From positions 1-64,000 of the IMG/VR virus record IMGVR_UViG_3300042502_001710: DNA of 64,000 nucleotides; one strand, 5' to 3'. Under the pieces are notes generated by a model, which searched no databases, had not been told where the DNA came from, and saw only the letters and a program-made list of their open reading frames with translations. Shown one piece after another: positions 54,919 through 64,000 of the stretch (the first letter of the stretch is position 1; each line of letters begins with the position of its first letter). The stretch comes from a virus. The position numbers and the translations under genes were made by a program.

Positions 54919-55979
54919 AATTCCTCTACAGATTTATTGTCGTGTATTCTGTTGACCCTTATAAACTTAGCGGTTTTACTAAAATCTTTAAGATTTGTTG
55001 CTCCTGTGTAAGAACAAGCACTGCGAATTCCACCTAAAATATCTCTGAGTGTCAAGAATACTGTGCCTTTATAGTCAACCGTTTTTACCCTGCCTTCACT
55101 AGCTTTGTAATCTTGAAGACCTTCTCCATGTTTTTCTTGAGATTTTTTTGAAGACATTCCATAAAATGACATGCTTTTTCTTTCGCCGTTTTCATCGTAT
55201 GTCCACTCACCGTCGCATTCCCATGTGCCAGCAAGCATTCCTCCCAACATAACAAAATCTGCTCCAGCAGCATAAGCCTTGGCTACATCTGCTGGGTAAC
55301 GACAACCTCCATCAGCACATATCAAACCAAGTCTACCAACCTCGGAGCTTAATCCGTGAGCTACGTGTGAGCATTCTGCAATAGCAGATAGCTGAGGATA
55401 TCCTACTCCAGCTTTTAATCTCGTTGTGCAAGCAGATCCGGGACCAATCCCAACCTTCACAATATCAACTCCACCATGAAGAATAAGCTCTGAAACCATT
55501 TCTGGAGTGCAAATATTTCCAGCCATAATTATAGAGTCATTGAATTTTCTTCTTATCGAGGCACACCGATCAATAAACTTCTCAGTGTATCCATTGGCTA
55601 CATCTACGCAGATATTAGGAGAGTGCCCAAGAATATCTGTTATTTCACTGATTTTATCAGAATCATCTTCCATGCCCACGCTAACCCAAACATTATTTTG
55701 GTTATTACGCATACTGTAGTATGACGCAACGGAAGATGCTTCATGATGTTTACTGAGACATGTTAAGCAATCATAAGCTGATAACGCTGTTCCCATAGCA
55801 AAGGTGCCAGTTGTGTCCATATTGGCAGCGACTATTGGTATTCCATTCCAATCTCTGTTTGAGTGATAGAATTTGAATGTTCTTTTTAAATCAACATCTT
55901 TTCTGCTAGCAGCCTTTGATCTTTGTGGTACGAGTAATACATCATCAAAGTCTAACTTCACGTCATTATCAATCTTCAT
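54915..55979 (-). CDS. guaC: GMP reductase
   Basis: 'KLDFDDVLLVP', 'ANMDTTGT', 'DVANGY', 'GIGPGSACTTR', 'FYGMSS', 'YKASEG'. Likely start MKIDND. Confidence 0.92.
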   Translation of the reverse strand: MKIDNDVKLDFDDVLLVPQRSKAASRKDVDLKRTFKFYHSNRDWNGIPIVAANMDTTGTFAMGTALSAYDCLTCLSKHHEASSVASYYSMRNNQNNVWVSVGMEDDSDKISEITDILGHSPNICVDVANGYTEKFIDRCASIRRKFNDSIIMAGNICTPEMVSELILHGGVDIVKVGIGPGSACTTRLKAGVGYPQLSAIAECSHVAHGLSSEVGRLGLICADGGCRYPADVAKAYAAGADFVMLGGMLAGTWECDGEWTYDENGERKSMSFYGMSSKKSQEKHGEGLQDYKASEGRVKTVDYKGTVFLTLRDILGGIRSACSYTGATNLKDFSKTAKFIRVNRIHDNKSVEEL

Positions 55980-57420
55980 CTTCTTCCTCTGCGTCAAAAG
56001 GTAGATTCGAACCCTCAATAATACCTCCGTTTGGAGACATTCTCATTTCATTTCTAGTTCTTAGTTCTACAAGTTTGGCATGAGATCCTATCATATTCAT
56101 ATTGATATAATTACCGTCGATCAAACCAGCTCCATGACGAGCTTTTAATGTTACCAACTTACGATTACCTGCATTCGGTCCATCCTCTGCAAGCTCCTCA
56201 ACAGACTTGAGTTTAAATATGGAGAAAGATGTGCATAACCAAATGAGCCTATCAGAACCGCTCACAGCGTCTGTAGACTCTTTTGTGATACCATCTCTGT
56301 TCAACTGAACAAAAGACAAGCATGGAAAATCATATTTGACAGCTAGGTTATGAAGGTCGGTTATCTGAAAACCAAGAGCTTGATATTCTTGTACATTGTT
56401 TTTGATAGATGTTGAAGACATTAACTTTAGGTAGTCACAAACGACCAAACAGTCTTTTGTCTTGCCTTTATCATCTTGACCCACACTTCTCAATATCCAT
56501 CTCTTTATAATGTTCAAGAGTGCGTCAAACGGCATTCCGGCAACACTCGCATAAGTGTATGGAATGCTTTTGATTTCTTCTTTAGCTTTTTTCACACGGA
56601 TAAGCTTTTCATCATCTTCTGAGAATTTTCCTGTTGATATTTCTCCTATGTCAACTCCGCTGATATTAGACAAAATTCTATTGAGATGATCCTCTTTAGA
56701 CATTTCTGTGTCTAGCATCAAAACGGGGATGCCTTTGCGAGCGTTGTGTATAGCTACGTTGTCTGCAAAGACAGACTTACCAACTCCGGGACGAGCGGAG
56801 ACTAAGTCTACGCATTTTCTACGTAGACCTCCTCCAACCACAGAGTCGAATCTCGGAAAACCGCTAGTCAATCCGATTTGGTCACATTTATTCTCTATGA
56901 GAAAATCAAGATATTCATCAATGTCGTCTCCGAGCATCTCGGGTTTTTTACCAGAGTCATCTCCTCGAAGAAAATCCATCAACGGCATTTCCACAAGACT
57001 AATGATTTCATCTATAGTCTCATCGCCATTGATAGATGAGATATCTTTGTCTATCTTGTTGGCTATAAGCCTAGCCTTACGGGCAAATTCAAACTTTTTA
57101 ACTTGAGCCGCAAAAATCAATACATTGGTTTGCTTGACTGGATAATCCATCAAGTCTCTGATGTATTCTAGCTCTTGTTTTGTTTGTATTGCTTCTGATA
57201 GATTGAGTTGCTCTGCCGCAGACAGGATCGACGGGATATCAATAGCATTACTTTTTTCAAGTACTTTTTCGATACACTTGTAAATAACCTGATTGCTGCG
57301 ATGAGCAAAGCTATTGTGTGTAATGAAATCGTTTATCTCGACGTATGAATCTAAACCGTAAGCAAAAAGCCCTGCTAACACAGCGCGTTCTGCTCCAATG
57401 TCAGAAAGTTGTGAATCCAT
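55969..57420 (-). CDS. dnaB: Replicative DnaB-like helicase
   Basis: 'AERAVLAG', Walker A 'ARPGVGKS', 'DTEM', 'DYLKL', 'QLNR', 'KARHG'. Confidence 0.92.
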   Translation of the reverse strand: MDSQLSDIGAERAVLAGLFAYGLDSYVEINDFITHNSFAHRSNQVIYKCIEKVLEKSNAIDIPSILSAAEQLNLSEAIQTKQELEYIRDLMDYPVKQTNVLIFAAQVKKFEFARKARLIANKIDKDISSINGDETIDEIISLVEMPLMDFLRGDDSGKKPEMLGDDIDEYLDFLIENKCDQIGLTSGFPRFDSVVGGGLRRKCVDLVSARPGVGKSVFADNVAIHNARKGIPVLMLDTEMSKEDHLNRILSNISGVDIGEISTGKFSEDDEKLIRVKKAKEEIKSIPYTYASVAGMPFDALLNIIKRWILRSVGQDDKGKTKDCLVVCDYLKLMSSTSIKNNVQEYQALGFQITDLHNLAVKYDFPCLSFVQLNRDGITKESTDAVSGSDRLIWLCTSFSIFKLKSVEELAEDGPNAGNRKLVTLKARHGAGLIDGNYINMNMIGSHAKLVELRTRNEMRMSPNGGIIEGSNLPFDAEEEDED

Positions 57421-57421
57421 T

Positions 57422-57835
57422 CTACTTTCCTGTGCATCTATTACATCGAACGAATTCTCCGTAAACTAGGTTTGAATTTAATTCAATAGACCTTCCGCAA
57501 ACGTGGCAATCAACAGATTGCTTCTTTGTTCTTTCACGGTTTCGAATGGCTTTGCCCATACGTTCAAATTTAGATGCATCAAAACTTGGATCACGATCTT
57601 CACCAGTGTCGCTCCACTGATTGTTCTTTGCTTTCACCTGAGTTTTCCTCTTATCTGAATAATTTTCACCACGAACAACAGTAAAATCCTCGTTCACTTG
57701 CACACGAGGTTTCACAGAAGAAACCACTTCTTCTTTATGAATAATAGGTATTGATTTAGACAACTCGCTTATAAGTTTAGCCTTTTGATCATCTGTCAAA
57801 GAGTCTAAAAACGCTTGCATAGATTCACTACTCAT
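57422..57835 (-). CDS. Hypothetical protein with C-terminal zinc ribbon
   Basis: CHVC...CNRC. Confidence 0.6.
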   Translation of the reverse strand: MSSESMQAFLDSLTDDQKAKLISELSKSIPIIHKEEVVSSVKPRVQVNEDFTVVRGENYSDKRKTQVKAKNNQWSDTGEDRDPSFDASKFERMGKAIRNRERTKKQSVDCHVCGRSIELNSNLVYGEFVRCNRCTGK

Positions 57836-58296
57836 CTTTTCTTTCCTTTTTCGATCAAGATATCTGCCTTGCGACGAATGTTATATTCTCTGTTTTTCAC
57901 ATTTTCAAGACGACCTTCTGCTGTCATTTTCCATTCATGGATTTTAAAAGCGACTTCATTGTCCCTTAGGATAGTGGCCACTTTTGTCTCATGCTTTGCG
58001 TACTGTTCCCATACGCCATTTTTCAAATCTTCTGCTATGATACTTTGCAGATTGTAATCACACCATTTTACAACATTTTCACAATTAGCTCGCTCGTGAG
58101 ATACATGATCAGCATATTGATATAATAAATATGCATAATTAAAACATTCATCTTGAATGAGTTTCTGCATTTGCTCAAGCGTAAAGGTTTCTGCGATAGC
58201 AAACTCTGCGTTGAACGGTGTGGGTGTGATGTTTTTTGCGGTTATATACGCATCTATGCCATCTAAAAAATGCCTTAATCTATCTGCTGCGTTCAA
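57832..58296 (-). CDS. Helical protein, possibly a UvsY-like recombination mediator
   Basis: 154 aa with coiled-coil character, located between recA and dnaB. Function inferred from size and context only. Confidence 0.35.
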   Translation of the reverse strand: MNAADRLRHFLDGIDAYITAKNITPTPFNAEFAIAETFTLEQMQKLIQDECFNYAYLLYQYADHVSHERANCENVVKWCDYNLQSIIAEDLKNGVWEQYAKHETKVATILRDNEVAFKIHEWKMTAEGRLENVKNREYNIRRKADILIEKGKKR

Positions 58297-58696
58297 TTTT
58301 TTCTCTCCAATATTCTATGTTATCGTCCCAGCGTAACTCAATCAATTTGAACGAATTTATTTCACACCACTGTATCTTAGCGACATCTCTCGCCTTAGCT
58401 TGTAGATATTGCATTTTAGTTTTATGAAAAAATGGTACAAATTTAAAATGTTGCTCTCCATGAACCTCTACTCCAACCTTACCATTGGGAATGAAGAAGT
58501 CAAGGTATAAAACGGATTTTTTTGAAGGATCTGTCGATCCCGGTAATTTAACCTCTTCATAAATATTGTAGCCAGAAAACATTTCATGAAGCAGGACTCT
58601 GGCCATTTTATGGTAAACAGAACATCGATCTCTTGGTTTGGAGCATTTTTTAAGATCCAGAATATATTCTCTTTCGTTTAACCCAAAAACTTTCAT
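58280..58696 (-). CDS. Vsr/DUF559-like endonuclease
   Basis: 'LYLDFFIP...VEVHGEQHF', 'RDVAKIQWC...LIEL'. Confidence 0.75.
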   Translation of the reverse strand: MKVFGLNEREYILDLKKCSKPRDRCSVYHKMARVLLHEMFSGYNIYEEVKLPGSTDPSKKSVLYLDFFIPNGKVGVEVHGEQHFKFVPFFHKTKMQYLQAKARDVAKIQWCEINSFKLIELRWDDNIEYWREKIERSR

Positions 58697-59811
58697 AGCA
58701 ATACTTCTCTGATGCTTTCATTTAGATAGTTTAATAAAGTTTCATTCTCATTCAAGAACGTTACCACATTTTCTATCCCTTGAAATTTAAAGGCTTTGGT
58801 CACTTCTTCTTCTTTGGTTGAATCAATGCCGTTTGCTGTTAGCCAAGTCTTTATGATTGGATCTTCTGCCTTTTCTACAAACTTATTGATAGTATACCAC
58901 GATCCTTTTAGGCTTATTATAGCGAACTCTGTGGCGATCTGAGCTATCTCTTGGCATTCGTCGATTCCTACTCCATATCTAATCCAACTTTGAGCTGTGC
59001 TCATTGGACGACCACCAGCGGCGGAAGTCTTGATCTGCCAATTCGCCACTTGACCGACATGGTTTCCGGATTCCTTTGGAACTTCCCACTTTCCTCTGTG
59101 AGTAATAACCATATTTGTACCAGCCTGAAACTGAATCATATTTCCACAGTCAGCCATTTTTGCTGGAGCGTATTTAGATCCTCCAGTATTAGCAATATTA
59201 TGAGTAACAAATATAGCTATAGCTTTCATTCTTGCCATGTCGCCACTGATTCTTTTGAAGAACATTGACAGCAATCTAGGCAAAGCGTTGCGTACACCGC
59301 TTCTGATATCTCCGTCAATCTCATCCTGAGGAACCATGTTTGATGTCGAATCCACAATAACAACTAAGTTTTCTTCTTCTTTGATCAGTTGTTCCAAAAT
59401 ATTGAGGTATGTTTCAGCGGAAATAACAGGCTTGTCATCTGTAGCTTGAACTATCTGAATTTCTTCAATGTTCAGACCCTTGATGCCGTGAAAGTTTTCC
59501 TTTGTTAATCTACCCTCGGTATTTAAATAATAGATCCTTTTGCCTTCGGCTTGAGCCTTCGCCGCAAAATAAAGAGCGGTGGTTGTCTTTCCTGTCTTTG
59601 GATCTCCTGTCATGACCACGCACTGACCTTCACGGATTCCGCCACCCAAAGCTATGTCCAACGCTGGACCGATACTTATGGTTTTGTACGATTCTAATCT
59701 CTGTAGAACCTCGGTGCCAGATTGAATAATCTTTCCATATTTCTTGATTAGTGTTGCTACCATCTGATCCGAATCACTATCAGTTATCAATGTCTTCGAC
59801 TTTTTCGCCAT
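58693..59811 (-). CDS. recA: RecA recombinase
   Basis: 'LDIALGGGI', Walker A 'GDPKTGKTT', 'NTEGRL', Walker B 'VIVDS', 'YGVGID', 'KGSWY'. Confidence 0.88.
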   Translation of the reverse strand: MAKKSKTLITDSDSDQMVATLIKKYGKIIQSGTEVLQRLESYKTISIGPALDIALGGGIREGQCVVMTGDPKTGKTTTALYFAAKAQAEGKRIYYLNTEGRLTKENFHGIKGLNIEEIQIVQATDDKPVISAETYLNILEQLIKEEENLVVIVDSTSNMVPQDEIDGDIRSGVRNALPRLLSMFFKRISGDMARMKAIAIFVTHNIANTGGSKYAPAKMADCGNMIQFQAGTNMVITHRGKWEVPKESGNHVGQVANWQIKTSAAGGRPMSTAQSWIRYGVGIDECQEIAQIATEFAIISLKGSWYTINKFVEKAEDPIIKTWLTANGIDSTKEEEVTKAFKFQGIENVVTFLNENETLLNYLNESIREVLL

Positions 59812-60250
59812 TCTCGATGTTCCTCAATCTATTTAGAATATTTTTACCACCGTAACTAGATTTTCTTACCTTAGCGTCATTTTTAACTTCTATTTCTTGC
59901 TTCGGTTTAGCTTCCTGTTCATCTAATAGTAGCTGATATTTGTGGATTACCCCATTGACTTTCGGATGATTTAAAGAAAATATTCCATAAAACTCAGATG
60001 AGTTGATAGCTTTGACAACAGCTTCTTCTGAGAATAACTTGATCAAGTTATTTGCAACGTAAAGCTGTTTTCTGAAGGTCCAATCCCACGGTTTTTTGTT
60101 CCAGAATTTATAAGGCAACGATCCTTCGTTTTTATTTTCTGAATTTTTTCGACACATTATTTCAGCAACATAAGCTGCACAAGTACAGTGATCACCTGTA
60201 GACTCGTGCTTATACTTGCTCTTGTCTGTTCTTTTTCTTTTTTCTATCAT
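59780..60250 (-). CDS. Hypothetical protein
   Basis: 156-aa basic ORF within the operon. Confidence 0.6.
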   Translation of the reverse strand: MIEKRKRTDKSKYKHESTGDHCTCAAYVAEIMCRKNSENKNEGSLPYKFWNKKPWDWTFRKQLYVANNLIKLFSEEAVVKAINSSEFYGIFSLNHPKVNGVIHKYQLLLDEQEAKPKQEIEVKNDAKVRKSSYGGKNILNRLRNIENGEKVEDIDN

Positions 60251-60320
60251 CGTAAATCAATGCCTCCTCAAAACATTCTGTTTCTATCATCGTAAATCAA
60301 TGCCTCCTCAAAACATTCTG
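60241..60320. repeat. Perfect 2 x 40-bp tandem duplication
   Basis: TTTCTATCATCGTAAATCAATGCCTCCTCAAAACATTCTG occurs at both 60241-60280 and 60281-60320. Confidence 0.95.
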
Positions 60321-60696
60321 ATAGATCGTCTTCGTACTCTTTGTCTAGGAGAAGCTCTGGGACTACCCACATTTGCTTGTGGACATACCCATCGTCTTTC
60401 AGTAGACCCACAGTATAGAAATCTCTTGTTGGTCTTCCTATGGACCCCCACGCTGATCTAACCAAGTAGACAGCCTCTGGACTTCCAATGTCTATTATGC
60501 ATTTCGTGGACCTGAATTGCAAGTGTAGATCTTTTATGAAGACTTCTTTTTTTTCACAATATTCTTTTACTAAAAACCAATGATCGTAATCTGAAAAGAA
60601 AAAATGCTCACCATCAGATGTCATGACTTTAATGAAAAGCTTATTGACATTCTTCTTGTCTGAAGAATAAAACTTTGCCCATTTTTCATCGTCCAT
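60268..60696 (-). CDS. Hypothetical protein (C-terminus altered by the duplication)
   Basis: 142-aa ORF within the operon. Confidence 0.6.
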   Translation of the reverse strand: MDDEKWAKFYSSDKKNVNKLFIKVMTSDGEHFFFSDYDHWFLVKEYCEKKEVFIKDLHLQFRSTKCIIDIGSPEAVYLVRSAWGSIGRPTRDFYTVGLLKDDGYVHKQMWVVPELLLDKEYEDDLSECFEEALIYDDRNRMF

Positions 60697-61000
60697 TTTG
60701 TTCCCTAATTTTTGCTACGCAAGAAGCTCTTGAAATTTTCTTTGTTGATTGAGATCTTTTTGAGTCAGATAATTCTGATGCGTTTGGCGTCATCACCGTT
60801 GACCCCTTGTTGTTTCTTGCAAACTGCTGATAAAGCAATGTTTCAGCTTTTGTAGTTTCTTTGATGACTATACTTTTTATATATCCTTCTATTGTAGACT
60901 TTGATCTGTCTAGATCTTTGCACAAAGAATCAATAGACATTTCTAAGTTATTGTCAACATAGAACTTTTCTGCTTTGCCCAACGGTCCTTTTTTAGTCAT
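60686..61000 (-). CDS. Hypothetical protein, possible HTH
   Basis: 'MSIDSLCKDLDRSKSTIEGYI' is HTH-like. Confidence 0.55.
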   Translation of the reverse strand: MTKKGPLGKAEKFYVDNNLEMSIDSLCKDLDRSKSTIEGYIKSIVIKETTKAETLLYQQFARNNKGSTVMTPNASELSDSKRSQSTKKISRASCVAKIREQNGR

Positions 61001-61334
61001 TTAAAAATCCTCTCTGAGCTTTTGTTAAATAAATAGTATTGTTTGTTTTCAAGTATGTTATGTATAAATCAAAGGTGTTTTTAGAAACCCTTCTCATCAT
61101 TGTGTCAAGCGTTCTTTCTCTTCTGCCGTATGGTCCATATGGATCGAAGAGTGCGCCTTGATGAACTCTGATGAGATAACTTTCTCTTAGTTCTTCTCGG
61201 TCTAAGGTTCGTAGGATTTTTGCATGATGTGTAACTTTATCTGATTCTTTTTCTTCTATGATATTTCCAGTCTTGCTGAAAAGAACTGTAGAAGTTTCTT
61301 TACTTGGAATTGAATGACTGTCGATGTATTTCAA
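60993..61334 (-). CDS. Hypothetical protein
   Basis: 113 aa with TTG start, overlapping both neighbours. Confidence 0.55.
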   Translation of the reverse strand: MKYIDSHSIPSKETSTVLFSKTGNIIEEKESDKVTHHAKILRTLDREELRESYLIRVHQGALFDPYGPYGRRERTLDTMMRRVSKNTFDLYITYLKTNNTIYLTKAQRGFLND

Positions 61335-61705
61335 TTTTTCCCCTCCATTATGTATTTAGTTGTTTGGTCTGTTGACATTTTGTTTATTTCTTTGGGCGTA
61401 GCAGATCCGTACTTACTGTTTTTATACCAAGGTTGTGGCGCTTGAATTGTAGATTCTTTTTGCTTATGCTTTGCTTCACTGATTTTAGTTTTATTTTTCT
61501 TGGCGTTTTTATCCGCCAATTGACCTATGGTATTTACGTTTTTCACAGAACCCTGAACGTTGTCAGCCTTAAAATCTCTGTATACATTCTTTGAATTGCA
61601 GACTGAGCATGAAACCTTTTTTGATTTGGCTTTATACTCTGCGACCCTGCATTCAATTTCAGTTGTTGCAGCACAATCTTCGCAACAAAAACTATATGTT
61701 GGCAT
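61331..61705 (-). CDS. FmdB-family zinc-ribbon protein
   Basis: 'MPTYSFCCEDC...CSVCNS'. Confidence 0.75.
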   Translation of the reverse strand: MPTYSFCCEDCAATTEIECRVAEYKAKSKKVSCSVCNSKNVYRDFKADNVQGSVKNVNTIGQLADKNAKKNKTKISEAKHKQKESTIQAPQPWYKNSKYGSATPKEINKMSTDQTTKYIMEGKN

Positions 61706-61708
61706 AAA

Positions 61709-62398
61709 TTAATTCTCCAATGCTCTCAAAAATCTTCCTATGATTCCATTCCTTTGTATGTCTTCGTATCCAAGTTTACAGATTGCAATGCTATCGATAT
61801 TTTCAAGCTTGTTGATGCATCTGGCCAAGCCGCTTTTACCCTTTAGGTCGTCTTGATTGATATCTCCATTGATAAGAACCTTAGAGTTTTTACCCATTCT
61901 TGACACGAACATCTTGATTTGATCTTCTGTGCAATTCTGAGCTTCATCCAATATCATGTATGCATCATGAAATGTTGCTCCACGCATAACCTCAAGAGGT
62001 CTATATTGAATTTGTTTTTCATTGAGGTAATAACCATAGTAGGCTTGCCCTAGGAAAAACTTTAGATTCTCTTCCATAGGCAAAAGATATGGTGCTATCT
62101 TTTCACTCATTTCTCCGGGCAATGCCCCTATGTCTTTTCCACTGCAAACAAGAGGTCTTGTTATGATAACCTGCTTGGCCAATCCTGAGTGCAAATGTTC
62201 GGCTGCTATTCCAGCGGCGATAAAAGATTTGCCACAACCAGCAGGTCCAGAGCAAAAGATAATATCATTCTCTACGATAGCTCTGATGTAATCTTTTTGA
62301 TTGTCTGTTTTCGCTTCCAATGGTGTTATCTTGGGAGTTGATTTAGAAGTTACTTTCTTGGTGACTACATTATCTTGTCTTCTTCTTCTTGTTGTCAT
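61709..62398 (-). CDS. phoH: PhoH-like ATPase
   Basis: 'GPAGCGKS', 'ITRP', 'GALPG', 'MRGATF', 'DEAQN', 'GDINQ'. Confidence 0.92.
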   Translation of the reverse strand: MTTRRRRQDNVVTKKVTSKSTPKITPLEAKTDNQKDYIRAIVENDIIFCSGPAGCGKSFIAAGIAAEHLHSGLAKQVIITRPLVCSGKDIGALPGEMSEKIAPYLLPMEENLKFFLGQAYYGYYLNEKQIQYRPLEVMRGATFHDAYMILDEAQNCTEDQIKMFVSRMGKNSKVLINGDINQDDLKGKSGLARCINKLENIDSIAICKLGYEDIQRNGIIGRFLRALEN

Positions 62399-62421
62399 TT
62401 GATAGCCTTTTATGAAAGATT

Positions 62422-62757
62422 TTAAATTACTTGTAATTCCTCTTTTACGAAAATTCCATCTATCATCTTTCCTTTTCTATCTTTGATATCGTTCCAAGCA
62501 ACGTCCAAGCAATGTGCTACAGAGAGATTGTTCCTTTCTGCTATGTTGATCAGTACGACCATCATATCTCCAATGTCGTCCGCAACACTCTTTCCTTTGC
62601 AAACGCTGTCAGAAAGCTCTCCAAGCTCTTGCAGTAGCTTCAACGTTTGATCTTTGTCTGTACTTCCTTTTATAAGGTTTCGGTCATAATGCCATTGTTT
62701 AATCTTTGAAATATAACATGGGACAGACCAATCTTTATTGTCTTCATCGATAATCAT
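62422..62757 (-). CDS. MazG-like NTP pyrophosphohydrolase
   Basis: 'WHYDRNL', 'KLLQELGEL', 'DDIGD', 'AWNDIKDRKG'. Confidence 0.8.
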   Translation of the reverse strand: MIIDEDNKDWSVPCYISKIKQWHYDRNLIKGSTDKDQTLKLLQELGELSDSVCKGKSVADDIGDMMVVLINIAERNNLSVAHCLDVAWNDIKDRKGKMIDGIFVKEELQVI

Positions 62758-63827
62758 AATCCTAAATCTCCAAAATCCATGCTGTCTATATCGTTTTTAC
62801 TTGCACCAATCTTATAAGATGTTATTTCGTGTTCTTGAGGTGCGACCTGAACACTTTCACTTTGCATCCAAGCTTGAGTCCATCCAGCCACTGGGTTTTT
62901 ACCAACATTGTCGTAAGGTAGACCAATAGCCTTTCTTCTTGACATACATAGCCAATCAATGTATTGATGCAGAACGGTTTCATTGAGACCTATGATAGAT
63001 CCATCTTTGAACAAGTAAGACGCCCATTCTTTTTCTTCATTTGCTGCATTTTCAAACATTTTTGTGGCAGCTTCTCGGCATTCATATGCAGTTTGAATAA
63101 AACCCTCTGATTCTTCCGTGTGTAGAATCTTTAGGATTTGCTGTGTGTTCATCAAATGCAGAGCTTCATCTCTCTTTATGAGTTTGATGATGTCAGCGTT
63201 TCCAGCCATCTTTTTGTTTTCAGCAAAAGCAAAACTACAAACAAAACTGACATAGAAACGAATAGCCTCCAAAATATTTATACTGATGATAGTCATGTAT
63301 ATTTGTTTTTTGATATCAGACTTTTTATCTGTACAACACGCCATACCCATCAGATTATTATAGTCTGAGATAGCGGTATTCGCACGTTTAATAATCTCTT
63401 TATCTTCATAAATTCCTTCAAAAACTTCTGAAGAGTCAGAGTATACATTCTGAATAATGTAGCTATAACTTTGAGAGTGAATTTTCTCAAAGAATTGCCA
63501 AGTCATCAAACACGCCTCTAGCTCAGTGTTCGTGACAAACTCAAGAAGGGTTGGAACTCCACGGCAGATCACACTGTCGAGCATTGTTTGATATTTAAGA
63601 TTGGATGTGAAAATGAATTTTTCATTGTCACTCATCTGCTTAAAATCTCCCCTGTCTCTCTTTAGTTCAATTTCTTCTGGTCTCCAGAAGTTCATCATTT
63701 GCTTGCTGTCAAGCTCTTTGAAGATAGGATATTTGATGATGTCATATCTTTGTACGCCAAGATCTTGTCCAAGAAACAATGGCTGAGTCATTGGGTCAAC
63801 GTTTTTGAGATTAAAAATTGTTTTCAT
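62754..63827 (-). CDS. nrdB: Class Ia ribonucleotide reductase beta subunit
   Basis: 'FWRPEE', 'LDS', 'EKIHSQSY' (with radical Tyr), 'LEAIRFYVSF', 'RDEALH', C-terminal 'VQVAPQEHEITSY'. Confidence 0.93.
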   Translation of the reverse strand: MKTIFNLKNVDPMTQPLFLGQDLGVQRYDIIKYPIFKELDSKQMMNFWRPEEIELKRDRGDFKQMSDNEKFIFTSNLKYQTMLDSVICRGVPTLLEFVTNTELEACLMTWQFFEKIHSQSYSYIIQNVYSDSSEVFEGIYEDKEIIKRANTAISDYNNLMGMACCTDKKSDIKKQIYMTIISINILEAIRFYVSFVCSFAFAENKKMAGNADIIKLIKRDEALHLMNTQQILKILHTEESEGFIQTAYECREAATKMFENAANEEKEWASYLFKDGSIIGLNETVLHQYIDWLCMSRRKAIGLPYDNVGKNPVAGWTQAWMQSESVQVAPQEHEITSYKIGASKNDIDSMDFGDLGL

Positions 63828-63999
63828 TCAAATCCTTTGCGTTACTAGTTGTTCGTATACCTTTTATAAGGTTATCTTCCGCCCACAATGGTTGAAGATT
63901 GCTGTAATGAAAACACTGTTTTTGCTGCTCTGGATCATACATGTCGAACGAGGCGCAGGGTTTTATATGATCGACATGCCACTTTCCGTAGTTTTCTTT
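63811..63999 (-). CDS. HNH / endonuclease VII-like homing endonuclease, C-terminal part (not in ORF track)
   Basis: Manual translation: KENYGKWHVDHIKPCASFDMYDPEQQKQCFHYSNLQPLWAEDNLIKGIRTTSNAKDLNENNF*. Overlaps the nrdB start. Confidence 0.8.
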   Translation of the reverse strand, partial: KENYGKWHVDHIKPCASFDMYDPEQQKQCFHYSNLQPLWAEDNLIKGIRTTSNAKDLNENNF

Positions 64000-64000
64000 T

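Noticed and set aside
60241-60320. CRISPR mini-array
   Set aside because: The two copies abut with no spacer and consist of coding sequence.
1-64000. Alternative genetic code (stop reassignment), as in some jumbo phages
   Set aside because: Multi-kb ORFs are intact under the standard code, and TAA, TAG and TGA all terminate genes at sensible, often coupled, junctions.

Overview
This window is a gene-dense, AT-rich segment of a large (jumbo-type) tailed phage genome in the standard genetic code. The host is probably Planctomycetota or another PVC lineage, inferred from two Tat-signal DUF1501 genes. It has two convergent arms meeting at a hairpin terminator near 24.2 kb. The + strand (1-24.2 kb) is a virion module, led by a >3,900-aa protein with a LamG-like domain, seven dispersed FG-GAP blades and a striking excess of Ser-Gly dipeptides. 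The - strand (24.2-64 kb) carries nucleotide metabolism genes (nrdB, MazG-like, phoH, guaC, dNMP kinase) and a bacterial-type replication and recombination set (recA, dnaB, dnaG, a Cas4-like nuclease, an annealing-like protein). It also has a DnaE polymerase split into two intein-less genes with a DnaQ-like exonuclease between them, a DUF1501 pair, and about 21 apparently soluble glycan-related genes with no flippase, Wzy or priming transferase. The leading hypothesis is a phage-encoded cytoplasmic protein-glycosylation system acting on Ser-Gly sites of virion proteins. All calls come from motif recognition by eye, and no database searches were run. No tRNA, rRNA or CRISPR array was recognised.
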